Part shown: in pieces, positions 50,401 through 60,512 of the stretch
How positions within the stretch are numbered: the first letter of the stretch is position 1
How the letters are laid out: each line of letters opens with the position of its first letter
Source: Thalia democratica
Taxonomy: Eukaryota
Direction: 5' to 3'
Assembly (NCBI GenBank): GCA_965202585.1
Contig: OZ241828.1
Span: 54,870,001 to 54,934,000 of the forward strand
Length of the DNA: 64,000 nt
The notes under the pieces: generated by a model
Database searches by the model: none
Seen by the model: only the letters and a program-made list of their open reading frames with translations
What the model was told of the DNA's origin: nothing
Made by a program: the position numbers and the translations under genes

Positions 50401-53280
50401 ATTTGTAAGTTAAGATTATAACAAAACAAATTAAAATGATATTTTTCAGCCATAATACTTAAAAAAGGTGTGGCCATAGAAATATTCATAACTAAATTTT
50501 TATATGCACGTAAGTAAATAATTTTATTTACCATAAGTTTAACTTTATGGGTTTGTTAACTTTTATACAACAAAATTGCTGTGAAAAATTATTTTTAGAT
50601 AGCTCTGTTAAAGTATTTTGTGAGTGAAGTATTTATGAGTATGCCTAAGCATAAGATATTATATTATATTATCTATTATATAAGCTCAACCAGGTTATTT
50701 TATAAATACCGTTTAAAACAAATATTTTAGAAACTCTTTATGCTAAATACGACAATCAAATACATTAATGTTTTGGATATTGTTTCAAGTTTTAAAAACT
50801 TTTCCGAAAAAATGTATTATCGTAAAAAATGTAAATCTGTTTTTGTTTTACCTAACAAGTATTTTATATATTTTAAATAAATAAAGTATATTTTTTACAG
50901 TAACTAAAGATGTGGTCTACAATCATTCAACTTGCTCCTACAACTTGACTTATTACGATCAAACTCAAGTAAGTTTTTTTTATTAATCACCCAGTTTTTA
51001 TTATCCTAATAGCTGAATTAAGTTTTAATAGTGATTTTAATAAAAAATAAGTTGACTTTAATTTAAGTTGAATTATTGACTATAAGTTATCAAAACTAGG
51101 TTTTTACTCTTTGTTATAAAATTTAGTTAATCAAAACAAAAAATAAAGCATTGTTAAATTTTAAGTTGATTGTTAGGATGAATTTATGCTATAACTTTAA
51201 AAAATAAACTCATTTTCTTTTCGAACATTAAGTTTAGAACAACATTTAATGACATCGTACATTTCATAGTTTTAGTTGAAATTTTTTTTTTCAACAAACC
51301 ATGTTTTATCAAAAGTAATTAGGTGTTAACTGTTATTCGCTGAGAAAAAAAAGTAAGGAACGCATTTCCGCTTGGGTTCAAGGTGCGTACCTTATCAGCA
51401 TGTACTGTATTATTATATAATTTGACATTTTAAAATTTTATTAACAAACTTGCATACTATTCACTAGTATATTTATTATTTACAAGTTTCAAGCTTATAA
51501 TAAATACTGAAGAATTATTAAAAAATTTTTTTATCCCGTTCTTTATAGGATTCAGAATCAAATTGCGTACACAATCAATTTTGCTGTTATATTACAAACT
51601 TTCAGGCAGAACTGTTTACTGTAGAACATTAATTTTTACCTTGTGAACTTTCCAGGTTGAGGACGAGTACGACGTGATGCAGTACTCCACCACCTACCTC
51701 ACTCTCATCTCCACCTTCCTCTACCTCACCACCTCCATCACCTTCAGCCACTCCCACCCGTTCCGAACGAGGATCTACAAGAACAAGCCCTTCTTCTTCT
51801 CCCTCGTCGTCCTCTACTCCTTCAACACCTTCCTCGTCTTCTTTCCCGTCCAGAGCCTCTACGACTGGAGCCAGGTGAGACTGCACGATTAGATAATTAT
51901 TTTGGAAGCAATAAAGAGTTCGTTTTTAATCTGTTGTTGGTGGGTGTTAAAGATGTATCCAGTCTTAATATTTTAGTGACTATCGGTGGTATTTAAATAT
52001 TTGCAGAACCCTAACCTTCAGTTTTATAATCAGTTTCATTAAAAATCAGTTCAACTTATTGACTAACGACTTTTCGCAGCTCATAAAATATGAGCAGTTC
52101 TCGGATTTTCACTATATACCTTTAGCAATTTTACTCTTTATTTAACTGTTCATAGTCATTAGTTTTAAGAACTAGCAGCGAAACGCGTAAGTCAATAAAG
52201 TGTTTGTGTACCAAAAACTTTTTTTTGATTTTTCAATTGGCTCTGTCTGTTTGAAAATTTTGGAGTTTACGCCTTATAAACAGGGAATCCTGGAATCTTG
52301 GAAAAATCTTGAATTTGAGAAATTTTGAAAAAAAACAGTAATTTTGAATAAAAATCATTAAAAACCAGGAAAAACCTGAAATTTTGAACAATTTTTACAT
52401 GTTAAGTAGTTGAATTTTGATTTGATACAAAAAATTTATCATATAGACAAAAAAGAAATTATAAAAAACACACTTAAAAAAGCATAAAGATATCTTTTCT
52501 ATGTCATTATAATTTTTAACATAGTTTTTTACCAACTTAATTTTAAACTAAAAATAGACTCTAAAACGTGTTATTTTAAAATACTGGAAGAAATATTGAA
52601 AACCTGGAGAAAATTTGCCAAAAACATTTGGCAAGCCTGTAAATAGTTATTTCTTATGACTGTAAGGTCAACAAAAACATCGGCGAAAGTCTACAGAACC
52701 TAAGCCTTAACTTTCGTGTGCTGTGAGTCTCAGTTTACCGAAGGCTTGTGGTCTGATGATCAAACCTTATGTTATAACTGTACGTATACTATTATTAATA
52801 GTTTAAAAATATTTGCTTACAATCAAGGATATTTCTTAAGCCACTCCTAATAAAGTTATACTATAATACTACCATTTTTAATATTAATTATAATATACTT
52901 GCTCGCAGTTGAAGATGTTCCCGACCACCAGCATCCAGTGGTCCGTCATTCTCTTTGCCGCCGTCCACTTCGTGCTGAGCGTGGCGTTCGAGTTCTTCTG
53001 CGTCGAGAACAACCGGGTGTGGTTGTTCCTGCGAAACCGCTTCGGAAGCCAAAAGTTCCTGCCGAAGCACCAGAAGCTGTTGCGGCGCCTCTCGCCTTCA
53101 AAATCTCCCGCGAAAGTGGAGGAGGGTTTGGGGGAACAGATGAACCCGTTGTACGCCATCGGAAAGGTGTTCGTGTCGAACGTGCGGCTGGAAGGCGAAG
53201 CTGAAACCAGCTGCACGAGCGAAGTTTCCACCGAAAACTACAACTTCACTTCTTCCAACAGTTTCGTTGAAGTTTTATGA
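23418..53280 (+). CDS. P5B-type ATPase (ATP13A2/3/4/5 family, probable polyamine transporter) with tandemly duplicated N-terminal domain, ~27 exons, ~1376 aa
   Basis: Exons: 23418-23528, 23996-24136, 25655-25731, 25995-26082, 26521-26655, 26767-26904, 27076-27155, 27371-27455, 27647-27781, 28567-28725, 29020-29212, 29644-29797, 30139-30328, 30559-30735, 31829-32104, 34179-34247, 34752-34958, 36508-36667, 36869-37063, 37841-37884, 46689-46773, 47533-47687, 49191-49450, 49779-49936, 50901-50968, 51656-51874, 52909-53280 (sum 4131 nt, in frame). Motifs: [30 protein letters not shown] (P5B signature), [49 protein letters not shown]. The junction at 37063-46689 has alternative in-frame solutions. 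Confidence 0.92.
23602..23772. mobile_element. TTAA-flanked near-perfect palindromic MITE (Kolobok-like termini)
   Basis: TTAA|GGGCATAGGGGGGGTAAACACCCC...GGGTGTTTACCCCCCTATGCCC|TTAA. About 80-bp arms with a ~12-nt spacer. Confidence 0.8.
27906..28244. repeat. Two-copy tandem duplication, 172-bp period (intronic)
   Basis: CACTTA(C/T)TTAAACT(G/A)AGGTTTACAT...ACAAACGTCGAGTTAGAT...CGAATTTTG starts at 27906 and at 28078. Confidence 0.9.
32782..33678 (-). CDS. Candidate two-exon antisense ORF (~104 aa) nested in a P5B-ATPase intron
   Basis: Exon 33678-33530 ([23 protein letters not shown]...MRTRFSE, donor GTAAGA, phase 2) and exon 32947-32782 (acceptor TATTTCCAATTTAAG; [28 protein letters not shown]...GTPTE*). 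Both are GC-richer than the flanks. No homology recognised. Confidence 0.3.
38271..39610 (-). mobile_element. Decayed, 5'-truncated Penelope-like retroelement (RT C-terminal half + GIY-YIG endonuclease), partial tandem structure
   Basis: Minus-strand translation: [11 protein letters not shown] (YVDD 39568-39557)...[13 protein letters not shown]...ISFLDV...[16 protein letters not shown]; NGYP (39233-39222); LPYAG (39132-39118); [27 protein letters not shown] (VVY 38986-38978, YIG 38950-38942); [12 protein letters not shown] second endonuclease C-terminal segment ([35 protein letters not shown]) is at 38507-38271. Stops and frameshifts are present. Confidence 0.9.
38549..38596 (-). ncRNA. Variant (U3-A8) minimal hammerhead inside the Penelope-like element
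   Basis: AGTATTT-TTGACAA-GGGAGTT-TGTG-AATTTC-GAAA-GCGC-TT-AAATTCT. Stem I has 6/7 pairs, core TTGACAA, palindromic stem III AGCGCT, stem II weak with G-U pairs. Confidence 0.55.
41098..41329. repeat. Diverged two-copy tandem duplication, ~116-bp period
   Basis: TTAAATAAAA(C/G)TAGATTTTATAATTA...TAATAACA..CGTTTGTGGAA..AGCT occurs twice. Confidence 0.7.
41340..41606. mobile_element. Decayed inverted relative of the 21229-21891 element
   Basis: Reverse complement shares AAATGGCC(T/C)(T/C)AAAAAA and TGAA(T/A)GTTT(A/G)AGGTCTCTAG with 21650-21740. Ends CCCATATATGGC|TTAA. Confidence 0.4.
42292..42528. repeat. Two-copy tandem duplication, 120-bp period
   Basis: CAGGATATAGT(C/T)GTTAAGAAAATTAGTTTTATGGTAATA... 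starts at 42292 and at 42412. Confidence 0.9.
44211..44493. mobile_element. Degenerate hAT (Charlie-type) relic
   Basis: GGTGGGCCAGATC and GGCCGGATCCAGCCTGCGGGCTGTACATTGCTTACCTCT resemble the subterminal and terminal motifs of the 20420 element. Left end not resolved. Confidence 0.4.
46379..46388 (+). other. Candidate 10-nt micro-exon of the P5B-ATPase (alternative to exon 37841-37884)
   Basis: Strong acceptor TTTGCCTGCTTGTTTAG and donor GTTAAG. Phase 2 to 0 fits the GTTAGT donor at 37095 and the phase-0 exon at 46689. Confidence 0.4.
48058..48153. repeat. Small MITE-like element with 23-bp inverted termini
   Basis: CTCCCTATTGAAGTCGTCAGTTA / TAACTGGCGATCTCAATAGGGAG (20/23). Confidence 0.6.
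48405..48688. mobile_element. Possible TTAA-flanked (Kolobok-like) non-autonomous element
   Basis: TTAA|AGGAGTG ... CACTGCT|TTAA (6/7 termini) enclosing a GC-richer block. Confidence 0.3.
52281..52639. mobile_element. Possible hAT-type relic
   Basis: Starts CAGGG, ends TTTGGCAAGCCTG, with repeated internal (A)CCTGGA(A) motifs. No matching TSD. Confidence 0.35.
52712..52764 (+). repeat. Homologue of the 18821-18906 hammerhead cassette lacking the catalytic core
   Basis: TTTCGTGTGCTGTGA|GTCTCAGTTTACCGAAGGCTTGTGGTCTGATGATCAAA aligns to both flanks of the 18837 ribozyme with 18839-18870 missing. Confidence 0.75.
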
Positions 53281-54011
53281 TCATTTGGTAAGAAGTACTG
53301 GCATGTAGATTTCAGTGGGACATTTGACCAATATCTTCTAAAACAATTTTAATGATGTTTTATGGTTAGAGTTTTTAGGAGCTTTGTTGACATGTATATT
53401 TTTTCGTTCTAGCTCAATGCTTTTACTACTGTTGCTTCTTTTTGATCGTATCTTTTTTATCTAACACTATTTTTTGTAAGTACAGATCACATAGTATATC
53501 TTTTTAAAAATTTTCAATTATAACCGAATGTACTTAAGTAAATTTTCTTACTAATGATTAATTTTTGTGCCTTGGTATAAATTTTACGGCTTACAGCTCG
53601 AACATCATTGTGTACAAACGATTAGTTTTTCTCTGTGATGAATTGTTTCAGTAGCTGTATGAAAACACTTTCAACCAAAGCTTTATTTCCTGCGAGGCCT
53701 CTATACTCTTTTTATTTATATTTATTTTATGGTTTTGCACTACTGTAGTGAGGAGTTTTAAAGTTTTGTGTCTTTATTTTAATGTTTTCAATGAGTAACT
53801 TTCCCATTTTGATAAACATCTTAATGTCTCTAAATATGATAGTAACTTTAGGTTGCTTCTAACTACATAAAGAAATTTTCCATAAAGCCTTTCTTTTTTC
53901 CTCTTGTTTAATCATAAAACCTAAAAAGAGAATAAATTCAGAGAATCTCCAAATAAAATAACGATTCTCATATCCTACATGTTTTGTATTTAAAAAAAAT
54001 GTGACCAACTT

Positions 54012-54278
54012 ATATAAAACTTTAACTTGAAACTTTGGAAAGATTGAGCGAAACAATGTATTTATTGAACATAAATGAGATCAATGTAGCAGTTTTATTT
54101 CTTCAAGTAATTTATTTTTTGTTTAACATTTTTATTTAAAAAATATATAAAACTTTAACTTGAAACTTTGGAAAGATTGAGCGAAACAATGTATTTATTG
54201 AATATAAATTAGATCAATGTAGCAGTTTTATTTCTTGAAGTAATCTATTTTTTGTTTAACATTTTTATTTAAAAAATA
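54012..54278. repeat. Two-copy tandem duplication, 133-bp period
   Basis: ATATAAAACTTTAACTTGAAACTTTGGAAAGATTGAGCGAAACAATGTATTTATTGAA starts at 54012 and at 54145; near-identical copies. Confidence 0.92.
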
Positions 54279-56399
54279 TTTTAAAAGGTCATGGAGAACT
54301 TGACGTCTATTAAGCTTTAAAAAATTGTTGTAAATTGGTTATTTAAAACATACATTAAGAAAAAAAACTACATGTTTTTAGTTTTATATACAAACACTTA
54401 TAAAATATTTATACTGTAAAAAAATACTGTAAAACTAAATAGGTTGAAATAAATAACTAGTTTTCAAAGTAACTTAAATTGTCAATCGTGTACAAAATTT
54501 GAAGTATAGTTTAATATATACTTTTGTTAAATAAATAAAACATGTATTTAAACGTGGTAAGTTTGTTTTATGTAAAAATAAAAACGATTGTCAATTTAAA
54601 TAATCAATAAAATAGATTATCTTTAAAAACATGGTTTAAATAAGTCGTCCTGTGCGCAACAATTGTGATTAAGTCATTAACCATTGTAAAATGTAAGTAC
54701 TGCTTTAATAACTAAACTTTGATAAAAGCACATGAACAAAAAGTTTAACCTACAAATCAAATAGTGTTTAATCATACTAGCTGTGAAAGTAATTGCAAGT
54801 TATTCTTATAAATGAAAGTTGTACAATATAACCAGAATGCTACTTTTACTCTTTTCTTCAAAAATTTGTAGTTCTAGTGTAAGAATTAACGTAGTATGGA
54901 GTTAAATCACAGATAACAAAACAAGCTAACCCCATTATAAAATCAAAACCATTTTTTATACGCGAATGCTTTATTGACCTACGGCGTTTCACTGCTCATA
55001 AAAGGTAAACAAATACACTGCGTCATTATGTTTACTTACAAGTGGTAATTAGCAGCCTTTTGCTAATTACGGGAAACATTTACATTAGAAAGCTTTTTAC
55101 AACCCACAATATACGTGGGCCGGCGTAAATTTAAAATAAAACTGAAAAAAAAGTATAAAAACTTTCAGACGCAAACTTTGACTGAAACTATCTTTATAAA
55201 AAGCCAACTGTTAACTTACAGCTAATAGATGAAATAATTATATTTTTACATAATTTAATTTTTTCAACATTGCTAAAAAACAATGAACAGTGTATGCTAA
55301 GGTTAATTATATTAGGAGTACAAAACAAATACTACAAGATAAAAATTGTGTAAGAGTTTGTGCTGTGAAAAGAAGAAAGCAGTAAAATTTTAAAACCAAT
55401 AAATAAACCTGGTTTTATTAATGAAATTAAGAAAAACGTACGCCAAAAAGATTCAAACTATATTCTATTGAATTTTTATTTAACGGATTTATAACTTCTG
55501 TGGTAACTACGAACTACTTATAAATGTTTGGAAATGTTTACAGTATAAGTAATTTTTTTTAATAAAATTATGTGGTACTAATTATGGATTTGTTTGTGCT
55601 TAATGGTTATTTTGGGGCTTTCGTCAAATAGGCGTTTCAAAATAAGTTTAATGTGAACACTTTTTAAATTACAGATGTTTTGTTTCTCCGAAAGAAAACT
55701 TTATCTGATCATTAGGATTTTAATCCAACTCGATAGTAACTGATTTTCTTTAATGTTAATAAACAATGAAATAATACTTTTGTTGTTTTCTTAGTTTTTA
55801 AAATATATTTTGTGCTAACTTTAAAAACCATAAAGCATTTTGGTTTTCACTTTAGTTTAAAAGTTTAGTAGCTAGTTCTTTATAATTAAAACTGTTTTTT
55901 TTAATTTAACTTGATCCTTTCTCCCCGTCGTAAAAATTCTTAATAGATTAATTTTATTTTACAAAACAACACAAATACTGTTTTACTCAGTTTATTTTGT
56001 TCATGTTTACAACTTTATTATACTTTATTTTCCAGAGTTTTTTACTGATAGAGCGTTTTTTTATTATAAAAGTGTTGTGGCTTGCAGAAACTCATTGAAG
56101 AATTCCTATGTTTGTGCAATAAAAACAACTTTTCTGTCTTCATATAGATGTCAGAAATGAACCTTCGAAGCTAAAGAATTCGTCAATAAGACACGAGGAA
56201 GGTAGCTTTGAATATAATAAGTTAAGCATGAGGTGACACGCTATTTTTTTTTGGAAGGAAATTGCTACTTATATGACATAAGGTTGCTTTACAGGGCAGG
56301 GACAGTTTCCTTGTAGTAAGAGATTCCCAAAATAGAAGTTGGTTGACCATATTTTATAGTCAACTTTAAGATGCGCAACTTGTGTAGTTTGACTAAATT

Positions 56400-59300
56400 T
56401 TAAAAGCTCTTCCAAGGCATAAGGCAAGAGAATAGCGATGTAAAAAAATTGCCTTTCTTTTTATTTTTCTCGCAATTTAAACACCCGACCTTGTTCTTTC
56501 TGAATCTGAATCTTCTTCTTCTTGTCTGTGATCTTTTTTCTGGCTCAGATTCAGTTGAGCTTGCCGAAGGAAAAATTTCGGAGATAGATTGTTCGTTTTC
56601 GATTGTTATAATAGGAGTCTTTTCCTCGATGTCCTGTGAGAAATCGACTAAAGTTTTTGAAGGCAGCACTTCCCAAGCCAGTTTCTTATTCTCAAGTTTT
56701 TTCACAGTTTTCGTTTCTTGGTCGTTGCTTGAGGAATCAACCGAAATTTCAGAAAGGAGCAAGTCACAGCTTAGTTGTTCTTTTTTGATAAAAATATCAG
56801 AGATGGTTTCTTGATTGGTGCTAGAAAAATGAACTAAATCTTTAGGAGGGAGCAATTCATATGTTAGTTGTTCTTTTTCGATTATGTTTTCAGTGATATT
56901 TTCTTTTTTGTTGTTTGAGGAATCAACTAAGACTTCTGAAGGGAGCAATTCACAATCTAGTTGTTCATTTTCGATTATATTCTCAGAAGTGTTTTCTTGG
57001 CTGTTGTTTGAGGGAGCAACTAAATCTTCTGAAGGAAGCAATTCAGAAGTTAGTTGTTCAGTTTCGATTATATCCTCAGAGATATTTTCTTGGCTGTTAT
57101 TTGGGGAAACAACTGAGACCTCTAAAGGGAGCAGTTCAGAAGCTAGTTGTTTATTTTCGACTATACCCTCAGATGTGTTTTCTTGACTGTTGTTTGGGGA
57201 AACAACTAAGACTTCTGAAGGGAGCAGTTCAGAAGCTAGTTGTTCAGTTTCGATTATTTTCTCCGAGATGTTTTCTTGGCTGTTATTTGTAGAAACAACT
57301 AAGACTTCTGTAGGGAGTAATTCAGAAGCTAGTTGTTCATTTTCGATTATATTATCAGTGATATTTTCTTGGCTGTTATTTGGGGAAACTACTAAGACTT
57401 TTGTAGGGACGAATTCAGAAGCTATCTTTTCATTTACAATTATATACTCAGAAGTGTTTTCTTGACTGTTGTTTGAGGAAACAACTAAATCTTCTGAAGG
57501 GAGCACTTCAGAAGCTAGTTGTTCATTTTCGATTATATTCTCAGAGATATTTTCTTGGCTGTTGTTTGAGGGAGCAACTAAATCTTCTGAAGGAAGCAAT
57601 TCAGAAGTTAGTTGTTCAGTTTCGATTATATCCTCAGAGATATTTTCTTGGTTGTTATTTGGGGAAACAACTAAGACCTCTAAAGGGAGCAGTTCAGAAG
57701 CTAGTTGTTCATTTTCGATTATATCCTCAGAATTTTTTTCTTGACTGTTGTTTAAGGAAACAACTAAATATTCTGAAGGGAGCAATTCAGAGGCTAGTTG
57801 TTCATTTACGGTTATATCCTCAGAGATATTTTCTTGCTTCTTGTTAGAGGAAACAACTGAAACATCTGAAGGCTTAGAATCAATTGAGTCTGTAGTAGAG
57901 GGCAATTCACAGCTTAAATGCTCTTTTTCAATTACTTTTTCAGATGTGTTTCCTTTATTGGTGCTTAAAGAATCAACTAAATCTTCTGACGGGAGCAACT
58001 CAAGAGCTAGCAGTTCCTCTTCAATTTTTTCGAAGGAACTTTTTTCTTTGTTGCTGCTTGAGAAATCAACTGAAACTACTGAACTCTTAGAATCGATAGA
58101 ATCTGCTGAAGGCAGCATTTCGCAGATTAATTGTCCAATTTCAATTGTTCTAACAGGAGTATTTTCCTGTACGTCCTGCGAAAAATAACTTAAATCTTCT
58201 AAAGGGAGCAATTCCGAAGCTAGTTGTTTGTTTTCGATTATATTCTCAGAAGTGTTTTCCTGCACTTCCTGAGAAAAATCAACTGAAACTTCAGAAGGCA
58301 GCAATTCCCAAGCTATCTGCTTTTTCACAGGATTCATTTCTCGGTCGTTGCGTTGGAAAACCCCGCAATCTGAATCTTTTCCAAACACGCAAATCACGTG
58401 ACTCGCGTCGTAGCGAAAGTACAGCATCGATTGCCTCGTGTGAAGCTTGAAGCAGCTCATCTCCACTTGGAGGTTCAGCCGGAAGTAGGCGACGGCAAAA
58501 TTTAAAAAGTTTAGGGAGTTCCCCTGGAGGAGGCCGGAGACGGGCGGCGCGATCAAAGAAGCCTCCGAGGCGGGTGAGGAGAAGCGCACCTCCTCCAAGT
58601 CCTCCTCGAACTCGTCGCTGGAGTAAAAGTACATTTCTCCCTCCATGGAGCTGCTGCTGCCTCCAGTGGAGACAGTGCTCGCCTCAGAGTCGTCGTCCGA
58701 TGAGTAGGAGTCTTCGGATGAGGAAGTCAGGGAAATGGACGAGGGATCAGGCGACATGTAAGATCTCCACTCCTCGTCGGGATCCTGAATATTTTTAATG
58801 ATGTTTTAGTATAAACAAAATAAAATTCTACACATTTATTGATTCACAAATTTGTTTATAAAACAATGTTTCACTCAGTTAATAAGATCAATGAGGTCCT
58901 CGGTTATACTAAATACCTTGTTTAAATGTAATTATTACTCTTGAAATAGTCTAAAAGTATAAAAACAATAAATTATAACAAATAATAAGTGCAATGGTAT
59001 ATTAGGAAACAATGTTGGTTCAAGACTGCAACCCTTTTTTGGATAAACGATTTAGTTAAACCAGTTATTACCAACGCACAAAAAAAATTGAACATGTTTT
59101 TTGTTACTATTGTGCTTAGTTGTGTGCAGCTTTTAATTTTTGATCCTCAAAAGTATTTATATAAAAAGTTAATTGAGACATTAAAACTGTTTTGGTCTTT
59201 TTATAGATTTTTAATTTTTTGTTTCAACAAACGTTACCTCGAAGAATGCGTTTTTATCAATTACGCTTCCAATAACGTAGAACTTGAGTTCGTTTTTTAT

Positions 59301-60275
59301 TTGGAACCGAAGTCTTTTGGCAGGACTTTCGTTTCTGAAAATCTGTTGCAAAGCAATAACAATAAGATAAATAAAACAAAAAGAATTGTGTGAAAACACC
59401 AGTTTTTTTTTAAGAAAGAAAGCTAAAATTTACAATAAGAAACTATGGTAGATGTTTTTCAGAATGGTTGTTATAATTTTCTTATATAAAAGTATAAAGG
59501 CAGGAATTAGAAAAGAACTTAACATTTAGCAAACATATGTTTGTCATGGAACACCGATGGCTTATTATAAATCAAACAAGCTAAGTATTATTTATAATTA
59601 AGTATTACTTAAGAAATTTTAAATCACAAATTTGTACTTATATGACATATTTTACACTTAACATACTTAATCATTTATATAATTTAATTTTAACTCTTAA
59701 AAAACTTACAGGATTTTTCAAGATTCCCTTATTAGGTTGATCTGGGTTAGTTTCTACTTTTTCAGAAGCTTCGTTTTTGGATAATTCGTACTTCATAAAG
59801 CTCTGTGTAATTATAAAATTTGTAGAAGCATTTTCAAACAAACTCTAAAGCTGAGTAATGAAAGCCAACGTATATAAAAGTAAGTTTGTACTTTGAATTA
59901 TAAACATTTTAACTTCTCAGAAAATATAATTAAAAGCATATCATTGTTTCGAAAGTATATAACCTTAACACAGTTTTCATTGCTATTATTTTAAACATTT
60001 GATATTTTAAAGGATATTTTAAGAACACAACTATAGAACTACAATCTAAAAAATGTATGTCTATAGCAAAGATGACAAAAAGAATTTAGTACATTTAAGA
60101 GTTGTTAGTGTAAAAGTAATGAAGAAATTTTGAAAACAAAAACTTTCTTCATTCTAGTTTATCTGTTTATAAAAACTGTATTAACAATTTGCAAACACAA
60201 GACTTAAAGTTATAAAATTATAAAAACAGTTCTCACCTCTAGTTGGATTCTACCATCAAAATTGACTTTTTCCAT
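56400..60275 (-). CDS. Uncharacterised acidic repeat protein with N-terminal PP1-docking-type motifs, 4 coding exons, ~873 aa
   Basis: Minus-strand exons 60275-60237 (MEKVNFDGRIQLE, donor GTGAGA), 59802-59710 (SFMKYELSK...PNKGILKNP, donor GTAAGT), 59342-59238 (IFRNESPAKRLRFQIKNE...NAFFE, donor GTAACG) and 58784-56400 (DPDEEWRSYMSPDP... to stop). All are CAG-flanked and phase 0. The last exon contains the 785-aa ORF of the track. Confidence 0.75.
56580..58330 (-). repeat. Coding tandem repeat, 93-bp / 31-aa unit (~18 copies, consensus ELLPSEDLVVSSNNSQENISENIIENEQLAS)
   Basis: ELLPxE recurs every 31 aa in the ORF (two 40-aa variants). 57001-57150 and 57559-57708 differ at 2 positions (558-bp offset). 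Confidence 0.92.
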
Positions 60276-60512
60276 CTTAATAGCTGTTGCAGTTTGGGAA
60301 AAACTAAAATATAGATTGTATGTACGATATATGACTTTCCAAAAAGTTTGTTTTATACGATTTTGTGAAACGCAGTTTGGATTTAAATTAACGAGATATT
60401 TAAAGTATATATGACGTATTTCAGAATTTTATTTTAATTGATTTTTTGTTTTGTTTATTTTTGCGAAGTTATTTACACAGATCTGTCTAAAATAAACATT
60501 TTTAAACATATA

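Noticed and set aside
54990-55130. Short hairpins GTAATTAGC/GCTAATTAC and CCCAC/GTGGG
   Set aside because: No Helitron CTRR end or recognisable RNA family; short stems are expected by chance.
55704-55745. CTGATCATTAGGATTTTAATCCAACTCGATAG resembling a decayed hammerhead
   Set aside because: Several core positions are wrong and there is no stem I; indistinguishable from chance.
56449-58188. Series of plus-strand ORFs opposite the repeat protein
   Set aside because: Antisense shadows of the 93-bp coding repeat. They start and stop at repeat-register positions 279 bp apart and give no independent coding signal.
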